A stretch of 29,717 nucleotides of DNA from a virus (lineage: Duplodnaviria; Caudoviricetes), in IMG/VR virus record IMGVR_UViG_3300023283_000043, positions 1-29,717 of that record. One strand, given 5' to 3'. The translations under genes were made by a program, and so were the position numbers. Shown here one piece after another: positions 1 through 9,478 of this stretch (its first letter is position 1; every line of letters begins with the position of its first letter). The notes beneath the pieces were generated by a model that was not told the DNA's origin, made no database searches, and was given only the letters and a program-made list of their open reading frames with translations.

Positions 1-1809
1 GCCCGTCGCCTCATTCCGAAACTTCTTGCCCCGGAAGTTCTGTTTTGCAAACTCGAAGACCCTGCGCCTTATCTCCGCGAACGGCTGTGTGTTCACGTCG
101 CCGATCTCGGACGTGGACGCACGGACGATGTTCGGGTTGCGCCCCTGATCCCCCGCCATCTGGCTCGCCACCTGCCGAACCACGTCAGCGGCATCGGACC
201 CGGCCACCTGCTCTACCGTGTCGATGACGCCATCCACAGCCTGCTGTGCCGCGTCGCCCTGACCGGCCGGGTCATCGGCCCCCTGATCCTGCGTCGCCTC
301 AGCCGCCCCCTGATCCTCCACAGCGGGCCGACGCTGCAACTCCGCGTCGATAGTCAGCTTGACGAACTCAAGCCCCTGACGGGCGTCGTCGGCCATCCTT
401 GCGTCCGCCTCGGCCGCGGCGTCCTCGACCAGCGTCTGCTCGATCTCGGCAGAGGCAGCGGTCAGGTCGGCGGTGTCGGCCTGCTGGACCTCGGTCGCCA
501 CGTCGATCTCAGACGCCGAGGCGTCGGCCTCCGAGTCGTCCAGCATGTTCTCTGGGCGCGGACCGATCGCCTCTACCACGTCATCGGCCACCTGCGGATC
601 AACGCCTTCTTCTTCCAGCACCGACCGGACCTCGGCTTGGTCGCGCGTGTCCATCGCGGCGCGGAACCGGCGGCGGGCACCCGGGGACAGCAGGGATGGG
701 ATGAACAGCATGGCCCCGACGATCGCGGAGTCGCGGGTGGTGGGGGCGATGTTCTGCCTGATCCGCTCGGCAGCCGCGCCGAAGTCCTGATCCGTGGCAA
801 GCGCCTTGAACAGTTCATCGCTGACGAGCGTGACCTGCTCTTCGGTGACCTCGACCGCCGCATCGGTCATCATCCCCGTGGCGATCTTCGCGGCACTACC
901 AAAGCTCCGCCTCATCACGGCCCGGCCCAACGCCCCGGCCGCTTGCTGGCCGATTTTGCCGATGAGCTTGTAGCCGGTGAACTCCGCCAAGCCTTCAATC
1001 ACGAACGTCCCCGACGCTGCCAGCACGCTGCCGGTTTCATCGAGGGTTTGCTCGTAGGAGCTTCCTGCCTTCGACACGGCGATGGGCGCGCCCAGGTGTG
1101 GAACAACCCAGCCGATCGCCGTGGACGCCGCCTCGCCGCCCAGTTCGCCGATCCATACGGCGTTGCTGTCGGCGGCGGTCGGCCCTGAGCTCAGAGCTCT
1201 GTCCACCGACTCTGCCACATCGGCGTTCGGAAGATCAGGCGATAAACGGCTCACTGAACGGGCCGCGCCCAGCAGGGCGGGGCCTACCACGCCATCAATC
1301 CTGCGTCGATCATTCGTCACCACGCCGTGGGGGAAAAGCCGGTCCCTCGCCAGCACCCGCGCGATCGTCTCATCCGACGTGTCCACGCCGTAGAAGAACC
1401 GTTCGGCCAAGCTGGTCCGGCCGTACATTTCCTGACGCGCCGCCTTGATCTCGCTGCCGGTGATGTGCTGGGACAGACGGAAAATCTTCTGGTTCGGCGT
1501 CAGGTCCGGGTTGGCGATGATCGAGTCGGGGTCATTGCCGTTGAGCCGGTCGCGCTCTTTGCGCTGATCGATGGCCTTCTGTGCCGACCGCAGAAGTATG
1601 GCGCGGTTGCCCTGCGCCCGCGATGGCTGGGATGGTGGAGCGCCGGGGTCAGTGTCGCCGCCAGCCTGCCCGCTGCGCGCACGGATAGCATCAGCCTGAT
1701 CCGGGAACTGGCGCAGAAGCATCCGGTTGAATAACGCTTGGCGGTCATCCTGCTGGCGGTCATCCTGCTCGGGCCGCTGTTCTGTGCTACTGGTCGGTAC
1801 CTTCGCCAT
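1..1809 (-). CDS. Large internal virion/ejection protein, N-terminal 603 codons only (runs off the window); possibly a large polyvalent protein
   Basis: Not in the ORF track. Manual translation from ATG at 1809 (MAKVPTSSTEQRPEQDDRQQDDRQALFNRMLLRQF...) is open to base 1, ending ...FAEIRRRVFEFAKQNFRGKKFRNEATG. Overlaps the end of the upstream internal protein gene and is third in the podoviral ejection-protein cluster. Confidence 0.8.
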   Translation of the reverse strand, partial: MAKVPTSSTEQRPEQDDRQQDDRQALFNRMLLRQFPDQADAIRARSGQAGGDTDPGAPPSQPSRAQGNRAILLRSAQKAIDQRKERDRLNGNDPDSIIANPDLTPNQKIFRLSQHITGSEIKAARQEMYGRTSLAERFFYGVDTSDETIARVLARDRLFPHGVVTNDRRRIDGVVGPALLGAARSVSRLSPDLPNADVAESVDRALSSGPTAADSNAVWIGELGGEAASTAIGWVVPHLGAPIAVSKAGSSYEQTLDETGSVLAASGTFVIEGLAEFTGYKLIGKIGQQAAGALGRAVMRRSFGSAAKIATGMMTDAAVEVTEEQVTLVSDELFKALATDQDFGAAAERIRQNIAPTTRDSAIVGAMLFIPSLLSPGARRRFRAAMDTRDQAEVRSVLEEEGVDPQVADDVVEAIGPRPENMLDDSEADASASEIDVATEVQQADTADLTAASAEIEQTLVEDAAAEADARMADDARQGLEFVKLTIDAELQRRPAVEDQGAAEATQDQGADDPAGQGDAAQQAVDGVIDTVEQVAGSDAADVVRQVASQMAGDQGRNPNIVRASTSEIGDVNTQPFAEIRRRVFEFAKQNFRGKKFRNEATG

Positions 1810-4282
1810 CGTTCAATCCAAGCCCCTGCCACCCGTGTTCACGGGCGACCTGTTCCATGATCTGTGAGTACACCTCGACATCCGCCTCATCCGTCAGGTC
1901 CGGGTCGCGCCCGCCCCTCTGGATGCGGAACTGCTCAACCGCCCTGGCCCCGATGCCATCGATCAACGCCTCGCGCGTGCCCTGATGCGGTACCTCCATG
2001 ATCGTTGGCACGCCGTAATCCTTGCGCCATCGAAGCCGCGGATCGCCGACCAGTTCAAGCCGATCAACCCCCACCGACATGACGTTTCGCAGCGTATCCA
2101 GCAGGTTGTGCGGCGTCTTCTCATCAACGCTGCTCATGTTCGCGCCATCCCAATGCACGAAGCCGATGGGGTCGGCGTTCTCGACCACCGGGATAAACTT
2201 GCCCTCCATGCCGGGCAGTCCGAACGCCAGATCGGGACGCACCGTCCCCTTGTACTCGTTGAACGGGTTCCAGCCAAAGCCGGGGTTCATTCCGAAGCTG
2301 TCGCTCAATTCGGGATCGAGCAACCCTTCCTCGAACGCGTTGATGACCACCTCGTTCGGCTTCGCCAGCGTGCCCAGACCAAGCCCATCGGCCAGCGCGA
2401 TCGCAGTCGTGCTAAGGTCCGGGTCCATGAAAGTCGTCTTTGCGGGCGAAGGCACCCGAATCGCCACCGCCTGATTCGCGAACTCGCGGGACGCAGCCTG
2501 CAGCGCCGCCTGACCGACCTCATCAAAACTGGTCGCACCGCTCGACTGCGCAATCCGGGCGACGTGAAAGCGGTACAGGCTGTCGAACCGACGCGCCGTG
2601 TCCAGATTCAACAACACATCCCCATTGGCCGAAAACTGCCTTGGCGTTCCGGAGTGCTTGATGATCGCGCTGGCCTTGTCAATCGGCTCGATGCCCGCCT
2701 TCTCATCCCCAACCAACTCGGTGTCCGCCCGCTCGATCCACTTCCGGGCGTCCGGCTGAGACAGCACATCCAAGGCCCTTTGCCGCGCTTGGCTGCCCGG
2801 ATCGGTCCCGCGCGTGACCTCGTACGCCGTGCGAGCCAGCACGGAGTTATCCAGCGATCCGATGATCCGCCCGGCCGTCCGGCCACTCACGCCTTCCAGC
2901 ACCGACAGTCCGGTTTGCAGGTCCAGAGTCTCGACCGTAAACGCATCGTTGACCACACCCAGCAGCGACGACGGCAGCGTTTGCCCCTCGCGCTCGAAGA
3001 ACTGCGCCAACGACGCCGGGGTGTGCTGGCCGGTTTCAAGCATGCTCTGCACGAACCGGTTCCGCGACGCCTCATCCGCCGGCATCGGGGCACGACGGTC
3101 GCCGCCGAAGCGACGCGCCAATTGATCCGCGCCGGTCTCGGTTTTCTTCTCCAGCTTCACCGCCTGCCGGATGAAAGACACCTGACCCGGATCAAGGCCC
3201 ATGTCATCGTCGGGGTTCTTGGCGAAGCGGGACTCGCCGTCAGCCGCGATCTCAAGTGCCTGCTCGCGCGGCATCAGACCAGCGCCCACCGCCGACACGA
3301 CCTGCTCGGCCAGAGTGTTCCGATCGTTGTTCCGCTTCTGGCGCTCGGCCTGATCGATCTTCGCAACCTGCTCTTGCCGGAACGCCTCGCGGTGCCCCTC
3401 GGGGAGCGTGTCCGTCAAAGATTCCAACTTCGATCGAGCCTCGCCGATCTTCTCATCCTGCAGTGAAGCATTGATGTCCAGCCGTGCCCGATCCACGATC
3501 TGGGCCTCCCAGCGTGCTCTGGACCTCGCTATGCCGGCCTCGACTCCTGCGCGATCCTTTCCGAGAATGTCGTCCTTGTTGTCTGCGAAATACTCTCCCG
3601 CGTACACAAAATCGTCCGCCGCCAACGCCCGTTCGATTACCGACAGATGCGTGCTGCTGGCCGCAGAGTCCTTCAGCAGCTTGGTTTCTTCTTCACTGAC
3701 CCCTTCCCTCGCCGCCTGATCGCTGATGACCGCCTGCTGCTCGGCGATCATCTGCTGAACCGTCGCCGGCTCACGGAAATGGACCGCGGCCAGGTCGCGG
3801 GCACTGCGAATCTTCGCATCACTGCTCGAACGCTCGAACGACTCGATTTCACTGCGGACGTGCCGCGCCACGCTCGACTTGATCCGATTCTCCCGGTCAG
3901 TCGCCAGACGTTCCAGCGCCGCACGCTGGGCGTCGCTGGTCGCCGACTCATCCAGCTTGGCCCGCAGCTCACGGAGACGATCATCGACCTCACCGGGCAA
4001 CCCCATCGCCGCCTTGCCGCGGCGAGTCACCATCAACCCGTTCTCAGGGTCGTGGAGGGCATTCAACTCAAACTCGTCATACTGGCGGGAAAATTCCTGA
4101 AACGCGATCTGGTTCGCCCTACGCGTCTCTTCTTGCTGGATGCGGAACGCCGCGTCCGATGCCTGCCCCAGCCCACGCCCGACCGCACCGGTGATCTGGC
4201 CGGCCTCGGACGGCGACTGGAACGGCGTCGGCGCGCCGCGCTGCTGCACCTGTCGGCCTTGAAGTGTCGGAACGGTCGGCAT
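1787..4282 (-). CDS. Internal virion (ejection) protein, 831 aa
   Basis: Long helical ORF with an MPTVPT...Q-rich N-terminus typical of podoviral internal proteins; second gene after the nozzle. Confidence 0.75.
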   Translation of the reverse strand: MPTVPTLQGRQVQQRGAPTPFQSPSEAGQITGAVGRGLGQASDAAFRIQQEETRRANQIAFQEFSRQYDEFELNALHDPENGLMVTRRGKAAMGLPGEVDDRLRELRAKLDESATSDAQRAALERLATDRENRIKSSVARHVRSEIESFERSSSDAKIRSARDLAAVHFREPATVQQMIAEQQAVISDQAAREGVSEEETKLLKDSAASSTHLSVIERALAADDFVYAGEYFADNKDDILGKDRAGVEAGIARSRARWEAQIVDRARLDINASLQDEKIGEARSKLESLTDTLPEGHREAFRQEQVAKIDQAERQKRNNDRNTLAEQVVSAVGAGLMPREQALEIAADGESRFAKNPDDDMGLDPGQVSFIRQAVKLEKKTETGADQLARRFGGDRRAPMPADEASRNRFVQSMLETGQHTPASLAQFFEREGQTLPSSLLGVVNDAFTVETLDLQTGLSVLEGVSGRTAGRIIGSLDNSVLARTAYEVTRGTDPGSQARQRALDVLSQPDARKWIERADTELVGDEKAGIEPIDKASAIIKHSGTPRQFSANGDVLLNLDTARRFDSLYRFHVARIAQSSGATSFDEVGQAALQAASREFANQAVAIRVPSPAKTTFMDPDLSTTAIALADGLGLGTLAKPNEVVINAFEEGLLDPELSDSFGMNPGFGWNPFNEYKGTVRPDLAFGLPGMEGKFIPVVENADPIGFVHWDGANMSSVDEKTPHNLLDTLRNVMSVGVDRLELVGDPRLRWRKDYGVPTIMEVPHQGTREALIDGIGARAVEQFRIQRGGRDPDLTDEADVEVYSQIMEQVAREHGWQGLGLNDGEGTDQ

Positions 4283-4283
4283 G

Positions 4284-4757
4284 TCAAATGTCTCTCAAGC
4301 TGAAGTGCTTCAACGCCAGATCGGACCCGCCGCCCAGGATCGTCCCGGCCGCGTTCTGCGCCCCCTCGGACACCGCAGCCCGGCCCTGATTACGGAAACT
4401 GGACGCCTGTCGCTGGAAACCGAACGCCTCCATCGCGGCGTTGTTGCGGATCGTCAGCGCGTCAAGCTCACCCAACATCGCGCTATCCGCCTGCAGGTCA
4501 ACCGCCGTCCCGTCGTTAACGTCCACCCCCTGCGCCGCCAGGGCCGCACGCTGCGATCCGATGAAGCTGCGAACCTGTCGCCGATGCTCACGTTCCGATA
4601 CCGCGCCGCGCTGCCGCGCGTCCCGCGCTGCACGCTCGGCCAACTCCGCGTTGTTGCTTGCAATCTCGCGTTGGCGCTGAGCATTGAAAAACGCACCGGT
4701 CGCGTTGCTGGCCGTGCCCGCTGCCGACAAACCCATGATGGCGGCTTCCGCGCCCAT
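4284..4757 (-). CDS. Small internal virion protein (T7 gp14/P22 gp7-like position), 157 aa
   Basis: Ala/Gly-rich helical protein with the QRAALAAQGVDVNDGT...ELDALTIRNNA motif; GGGAGG RBS; directly follows the nozzle gene. Confidence 0.8.
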   Translation of the reverse strand: MGAEAAIMGLSAAGTASNATGAFFNAQRQREIASNNAELAERAARDARQRGAVSEREHRRQVRSFIGSQRAALAAQGVDVNDGTAVDLQADSAMLGELDALTIRNNAAMEAFGFQRQASSFRNQGRAAVSEGAQNAAGTILGGGSDLALKHFSLRDI

Positions 4758-4767
4758 AAGAACCTCC

Positions 4768-7317
4768 CTATCGTCCGCTGCTCACCACGCCGGAAGGGAT
4801 GATCGCCAGCACCGCCAGCGGCAGCGGGTCATCCTGACGGACGAACACACGCCCATTGTCGTCCCACCTCGCTTCAATCGACACCTTCACTGTACCTGTG
4901 TCCATGCCGATCGGCTCATCCCACCCCTCATCCTCGCGCTGCTTGTACTCGGTCAGATGATCCGCGTCCGGGCCGACCCAGATGCCGCGGCTGCCCTCGA
5001 CCATCAGCGAAACTTCATTGACCAGCTTTCGCTTGTCGGTCAGAGTTTCGCCGCCCGTGTTCTCGATCGACAGCGTTTCAAGGTCCGCTTGGATCGGCAG
5101 CCCTGCATGGATGACCGCGTACGGCCGTTGAAGCGCGATCGCGCCGCCCGATACAACCTGCTGGGGCTCCACGTTGCCATCAGCAAGGATGGAAACCGTC
5201 TTGCCTTCAAGGTGGTCCAGCCCCGACACTTCATCGACCGCCTTGGCCCAGTCGCTGATCGCCACCGTCTGGAACGCGGCCGGCACATCCTTGTTGGTCT
5301 GCACCGTCACCACCGTATCCGACGTGAACGCCGTGATCCGGCAGCGGACCTCGTCGGCCCCAACCGTCAGATGGATTTCGTTGCCCACGTCGCCCGCGAC
5401 GAAGAACGCCTCGCTGCTGGTCAGCGTCAAGCTTTCATCGTACGACCAGGTCGAGCCTCCCGTCAGGGTCATGGTGTGCCCGGCGTCGGCGTTGCGGCCG
5501 TCGAAGCTCAACCCGGAGTCCACAAAGAACGCGTCATCGATCGTGTCGAATCGCCGCGATGCAAACCGCTCGATATATCGCTTGGTCTGGCCGTCGATCG
5601 TGCGATTGACCACGACGTACGTCGCGTCCTCGCGCCCCTCCGGCACGACAGCCACATTTTCATACAGCCCATCCGTGTCGTGACGATGCCACCCCCACAC
5701 CTGATGCTCGAAAATGTACGTCAGGCCCAGAAGCATTCCGTCGCTGCGAACCGCCCACGCCACAGAATGGGGAATCTGCGCGTAGTCCCAATCAGCGATC
5801 GTCCAGTCATCGAACAGGTGCGCCGCGAACACGGTCAGGTCATTGCCGGTGTAGCCATCGACTTCCAGGCTGAACCGCAGGTCACGGACCACGGCCCCGC
5901 GTGACTGGACGTACAGGGCGTTGCCGCCGATCGTGATCGGGCGCAGCTTTGACGAGCCGTAGTACCCCTGCTGTTTCAGGTTGATCGTCGTCGGCAGCAG
6001 AATCCCCGCATCACCACCCGCCGCGAGCCATTCACCACCGCTGGTCAGGATGACCAGCCGCCCGAGTTCCAGCAGGTGACGAATCTCGTTGACCTGCCTG
6101 CCGGCGACGGTGAACGTGATCGCGTCGTCGTCCTGAAGCGGGCGGTGTCGCGTGAAGTTGTGGAAGTTGCCCGTCTGCGAGAGCCAGACCTTTTCAGGAT
6201 CGTTCGTGGTTGCGCCGAACGTCAACCGCTGCTGGGTGTAGGCCACGGTCGATGGGTAGTCGCCCGCTTCCTCGAACGGGTTCCGATCCAGCGGCGGCGT
6301 CTGGCTGGTGTCCACGTCGGCAGGGGCGATCGCGTCGGCAAACTCATTGCTATCCGCAGTGCCGATGAAGCCGAAGTCCCCGCCCGTGTGCCGATAGACG
6401 TGGTATTCGATCGCGCCTGGCACCTTGTCCCAGCTGATCTGAAGGCCCGGAGCCGCCGCCAGCGCCGGATTGCCCAGAACGTCATCAACTCGGATGTACG
6501 TCCGCGCAGCCGTGCCGCCCGACACGTAGGCGGTGTGCCCGGTCCCGTCCTCATCATCCAGCGTGAAGGTATTGGCACCGGTGTCAGTGATGATGAAAGC
6601 GCGGCCGTTCAACTCGGTCATCCCGGCGATGCCGTCGATATAGACCTCGTCGCCGGTTTTGTAGCCGTGGCTGGCGACGGTGAGCTCTACCGGGTTGGCC
6701 TGTGTCGCTCCGGTGATCGTCTTCGTCGCCTCGAAGCACGGCAACGATTCCTCGAAGGTTTCTTCGGCAACCGCGGTCACCCGGTACCGATGCGATGAAC
6801 TGCCCGATCCACCGCCCGCAACGTAAGCGCCGTTGGCCGGCCGGTCGATGCTCGGCTTGAAGTCCACTACCGTCAACGTCCACGCTGTGTGCCCCGTGCG
6901 CTTAAGCTCGCGCGGCGCGTAGGACGGGTGGGCGATCGTTACCACGTCGCCGCTCTGGACGTACTGCAGGTCCGGCAGGTGTTCTTCTTCGTACGGCGTG
7001 GCGATCTCGTACGGACTTCCGCCGTCCTCAAGCTGCACACCGTCGCGGATGACCCGCATGTACTGATGACCGAACTCCAGAACGTACGTCTGGTCGGCGT
7101 TGAAGACGAACTTGATCAGCCGTACCGCCTGGCTGCTGTCCTTGACCTCGGCGATGAATCGCGACCCCGGCCGGTTCGTCACTCCCCCGTGGCGCATCAC
7201 CATGAAGTTGCGGCAGGTTTTGAGGCCCGATTGATACTTCGCCTGATCTGCGCGCGCGAAGAGAGCCGGGGCGATCTCGCCACCGGAAAAGCTGCGCTGG
7301 ATTGTGCTTGTGGGCAT
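4768..7317 (-). CDS. Tail tubular protein B/nozzle (T7 gp12, BPP-1 Bbp13-like) with an inserted E1 FCCH-like beta-barrel
   Basis: N-terminal QRSFSGGEIAP...GGVTNRPG, YPSTV...QQRL, WHRHDT and FFVDSG motifs. Insert ITGATQANP...HGYKTGDEVYIDGIAGMTELNG resembles the FCCH domain. ATG at 7317 preferred over TTG at 7323. Confidence 0.9.
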   Translation of the reverse strand: MPTSTIQRSFSGGEIAPALFARADQAKYQSGLKTCRNFMVMRHGGVTNRPGSRFIAEVKDSSQAVRLIKFVFNADQTYVLEFGHQYMRVIRDGVQLEDGGSPYEIATPYEEEHLPDLQYVQSGDVVTIAHPSYAPRELKRTGHTAWTLTVVDFKPSIDRPANGAYVAGGGSGSSSHRYRVTAVAEETFEESLPCFEATKTITGATQANPVELTVASHGYKTGDEVYIDGIAGMTELNGRAFIITDTGANTFTLDDEDGTGHTAYVSGGTAARTYIRVDDVLGNPALAAAPGLQISWDKVPGAIEYHVYRHTGGDFGFIGTADSNEFADAIAPADVDTSQTPPLDRNPFEEAGDYPSTVAYTQQRLTFGATTNDPEKVWLSQTGNFHNFTRHRPLQDDDAITFTVAGRQVNEIRHLLELGRLVILTSGGEWLAAGGDAGILLPTTINLKQQGYYGSSKLRPITIGGNALYVQSRGAVVRDLRFSLEVDGYTGNDLTVFAAHLFDDWTIADWDYAQIPHSVAWAVRSDGMLLGLTYIFEHQVWGWHRHDTDGLYENVAVVPEGREDATYVVVNRTIDGQTKRYIERFASRRFDTIDDAFFVDSGLSFDGRNADAGHTMTLTGGSTWSYDESLTLTSSEAFFVAGDVGNEIHLTVGADEVRCRITAFTSDTVVTVQTNKDVPAAFQTVAISDWAKAVDEVSGLDHLEGKTVSILADGNVEPQQVVSGGAIALQRPYAVIHAGLPIQADLETLSIENTGGETLTDKRKLVNEVSLMVEGSRGIWVGPDADHLTEYKQREDEGWDEPIGMDTGTVKVSIEARWDDNGRVFVRQDDPLPLAVLAIIPSGVVSSGR

Positions 7318-7319
7318 CG

Positions 7320-7928
7320 TCAAACCCTTGATGCGATCGACCCGAAGTCTGGGTCCGCCCCGCGCCGTCGCTCATTCGCCGCGATCGCCTTGGCCTCACT
7401 GATCGCGACCCGGTACATCTGGTCGGCCCGCGCCCGCAAGCCGTCGCTGACCGACAGGGGCATGGCGACCGCATCGGCGATCTTCCACACAAGCGCGTCC
7501 ACAAACGCCGGGTCGTAGCGCGTGGGGTCTTCCATCCGCGCCGTGTACTCGATCGTCGCGTCCTGCTGGTCGGTGAAGATCAGCCGCCCGGCGCTATCGT
7601 TGCCGATGGCGAACTCGGGCGGATCGGCGACCAGACGCCCGGCCTCGGTAGCGATTCTCCGGACGAACAGGCAATCGGTCGGGTAGCGGTAGGCGTAGCC
7701 CCACTGATCCGCCCATGCCTGCGTCCCGGCCTCGGCGACAAGCTGACCCGCTTCGTAGCGGGTTGCGAACGCCCACGGCGCGTCCCTCAGCACCCGGTCC
7801 ACGCACTGGTCGTAGAACAGGTTGCATTGCTTGGCCTCCTGGCTGTTCTCAGTCAGCGACGTGATCGGCCGCTTCACACCGAGCTTCGCCAGCGCCATGT
7901 TGCAGATTTGGACCTTCGAGACAGGCAT
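7320..7928 (-). CDS. Tail tubular protein A/head-tail adaptor (T7 gp11-like)
   Basis: SKVQICNMALAKLG...PWAFA...YAYRYPTDCL motifs; directly upstream of the nozzle. Confidence 0.88.
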   Translation of the reverse strand: MPVSKVQICNMALAKLGVKRPITSLTENSQEAKQCNLFYDQCVDRVLRDAPWAFATRYEAGQLVAEAGTQAWADQWGYAYRYPTDCLFVRRIATEAGRLVADPPEFAIGNDSAGRLIFTDQQDATIEYTARMEDPTRYDPAFVDALVWKIADAVAMPLSVSDGLRARADQMYRVAISEAKAIAANERRRGADPDFGSIASRV

Positions 7929-8246
7929 TTAGTCGCCCCTGTAGAGAACATCCTTCGCGTCGGGCTTATCCTCCGGCTCGGCCAACGCCATACTGGTGAT
8001 CTGAAGCTCCATATTCTTGTCCTTCCCGCTCTCATGTTCGCGCTCGGACGTGCTGGCAACCTCGACCTCGGCGTGCAGGATCATCTTCGTCCCGACGCTC
8101 GGCAGGTTGTCGATCTTCAGGTTGTCGAGCGATTCCTTGCCGACATGCAGGCTCAGGCCGTACGGATACTTCGGCGCATCCTCGGCGGAAGGCTCGGTAA
8201 TCTCCTTCTGCTCTTTGTCCGACAGTTCCATGCTGACCATCTTCAT
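7929..8246 (-). CDS. Capsid staple protein (epsilon15 gp10-like)
   Basis: MKMVSM...KYPYGLSL...ESL...LPSVG...ELQITSMAL...DAKDVLY matches the recalled pattern of epsilon15 gp10; AGGAG RBS. Confidence 0.75.
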   Translation of the reverse strand: MKMVSMELSDKEQKEITEPSAEDAPKYPYGLSLHVGKESLDNLKIDNLPSVGTKMILHAEVEVASTSEREHESGKDKNMELQITSMALAEPEDKPDAKDVLYRGD

Positions 8247-8300
8247 CGTGTCACTCCTGTGCCTGTGGTGGCCTGACCAGCCCCGACGATCGGGCCGGGT

Positions 8301-8558
8301 TTAGATCGTGTCGGCGTCGCCGCCTGCCTGCTGCTGGGCCTTGGGGTCGCCCTCTCCAACCTGCGCCTTCTGCTCGGACTGGTCGCCACCGGCCTGCTGA
8401 TGAGCCTGCTGCGCCTTGCCGCCTGCCTGCTGCTGGGCCTTGGGCTGCGCCTTCTCCATCCACCGCTCCGAGAAGTCCTTCTTGCCGGCCAACTCGAACT
8501 CATCGCCCTCGTTGCGCAGCCTGCCGTAGTAACCCTGTGCTGTCGCTCGAACCTTCAT
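8301..8558 (-). CDS. Small phage structural-region protein, 85 aa, with a low-complexity KAQQQAGG repeat tail
   Basis: GGAG RBS before ATG 8558; MKVRATAQGYYGRLRNEGDEFEL...FSERWME domain is common after capsid genes. Confidence 0.7.
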   Translation of the reverse strand: MKVRATAQGYYGRLRNEGDEFELAGKKDFSERWMEKAQPKAQQQAGGKAQQAHQQAGGDQSEQKAQVGEGDPKAQQQAGGDADTI

Positions 8559-8602
8559 GGCTGATCTCCATTCGTCGTCGTTAAGAACGCCCACACGGGC
8601 GA

Positions 8603-8636
8603 TAAATGCCCGCGCCCGGCGTCAACCGGGCGCGGG
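8603..8636 (-). terminator. Probable intrinsic terminator after the cement gene
   Basis: Perfect 11-bp stem CCCGCGCCCGG/CCGGGCGCGGG, 6-nt loop, weak U tail (CAUUUAU). Confidence 0.55.
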
Positions 8637-8661
8637 GTTGTGGATGTGTCTCGGGACGGGA

Positions 8662-9087
8662 TCACCCGTTCGACTCGACTGCCGCGGCGACGCCCGCGGT
8701 GATCTTTCCCGTGGTCGGGTCAGTCCCGTTGACGTTGTAATTCAGCCGCATGTACCGGCTGCTCACGCCACGAGGGACCCACACGATGGGCGAGATGTAT
8801 CCCGCGACCAGATCGGCCAGCAGGACGGTGACACTCATCACGGTGACGGCCGTCCCAAAGCCCTCGTCGCTGTCAGTCTGAACGTCGATGGTCAGACTGG
8901 TCAGGTTGTTGAAGTCTTCGGTGGCCTGAATCAGCAGCGGGATCATGGACTTGCCAACGTCCTGCTGGATCGGCGCGGCCGCGCCGACAGGCGTGCCGGG
9001 CGCGCCCAGGTCGATGACATTGGCGGACACAGCATCGCCGGTGATGGCCTGCTGGTCGCTGAAGATTGCTTGCTTGTCGAGGATCAT
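8662..9087 (-). CDS. Capsid cement protein (BPP-1 Bbp16 family), 141 aa
   Basis: MILDKQAIFSDQQAIT..AVSANVIDLG...RYMRLNYNV.GT..TTGKITAG pattern; AAGGAG RBS before ATG 9087. Confidence 0.85.
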   Translation of the reverse strand: MILDKQAIFSDQQAITGDAVSANVIDLGAPGTPVGAAAPIQQDVGKSMIPLLIQATEDFNNLTSLTIDVQTDSDEGFGTAVTVMSVTVLLADLVAGYISPIVWVPRGVSSRYMRLNYNVNGTDPTTGKITAGVAAAVESNG

Positions 9088-9161
9088 GGTTTGTCTCCTT
9101 AAGGGGGGATGGTGCAAGCGGTGAAAGCGGCAACGCGCCGCACGATGGTTGATAGCCGTGG

Positions 9162-9476
9162 TCAGATGATGGGTTGGATAACCACCTTGTCACCCGACGC
9201 CTCGGAACTCCTGATGTAAACCGAGTCGGGGTCGCGGTAGGCGAGGTAGATGCCCGTCGTTTCGTCCGCGCCGACCGACAGGATTTGCGCCGTCGCGTTG
9301 CCGTGGAAGATCGTGCCCGCGTTCGTCGTCGCAGTGGGCGCGGCGATGATGAAGCCGCGCACGCGCGAGGGGATGGCGACCCCAGCGGCCGCGGCAAGCG
9401 CGGCGATCGTCGCCGCCGTGTCCGTCAGGTCGGCCGTGAAGGGTGTTCCGGGTTTCGTGGCTTGGTCGTGGCTCAT
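9162..9476 (-). CDS. Hypothetical beta-rich protein, 104 aa; likely partner of the upstream Ig/LamG protein
   Basis: GGAG RBS and ATG at 9476, 2 nt after the stop of the 920-aa gene; high-GC coding pattern. Confidence 0.65.
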   Translation of the reverse strand: MSHDQATKPGTPFTADLTDTAATIAALAAAAGVAIPSRVRGFIIAAPTATTNAGTIFHGNATAQILSVGADETTGIYLAYRDPDSVYIRSSEASGDKVVIQPII

Positions 9477-9478
9477 GA

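Noticed and set aside
1741-1769. 15-bp tandem repeat GCGGTCATCCTGCTG
   Set aside because: Simple in-frame QDDRQ duplication in a disordered N-terminus
1985-3466. Long plus-strand ORFs opposite structural genes (also 4684-5904, 12630-14360, 14041-15309)
   Set aside because: Antisense shadows of high-GC genes; no recognisable motifs and fully overlapping well-supported minus-strand genes
6500-6730. E1 FCCH-like domain in the nozzle as part of a phage ubiquitin pathway with the JAB gene
   Set aside because: This beta-barrel is a common insert in phage tail proteins and has no adenylation domain; no E1, E2 or Ubl gene was recognised
8320-8445. Repeats in the 85-aa gene as an array or CRISPR
   Set aside because: In-frame low-complexity KAQQQAGG coding repeats without a repeat-spacer structure
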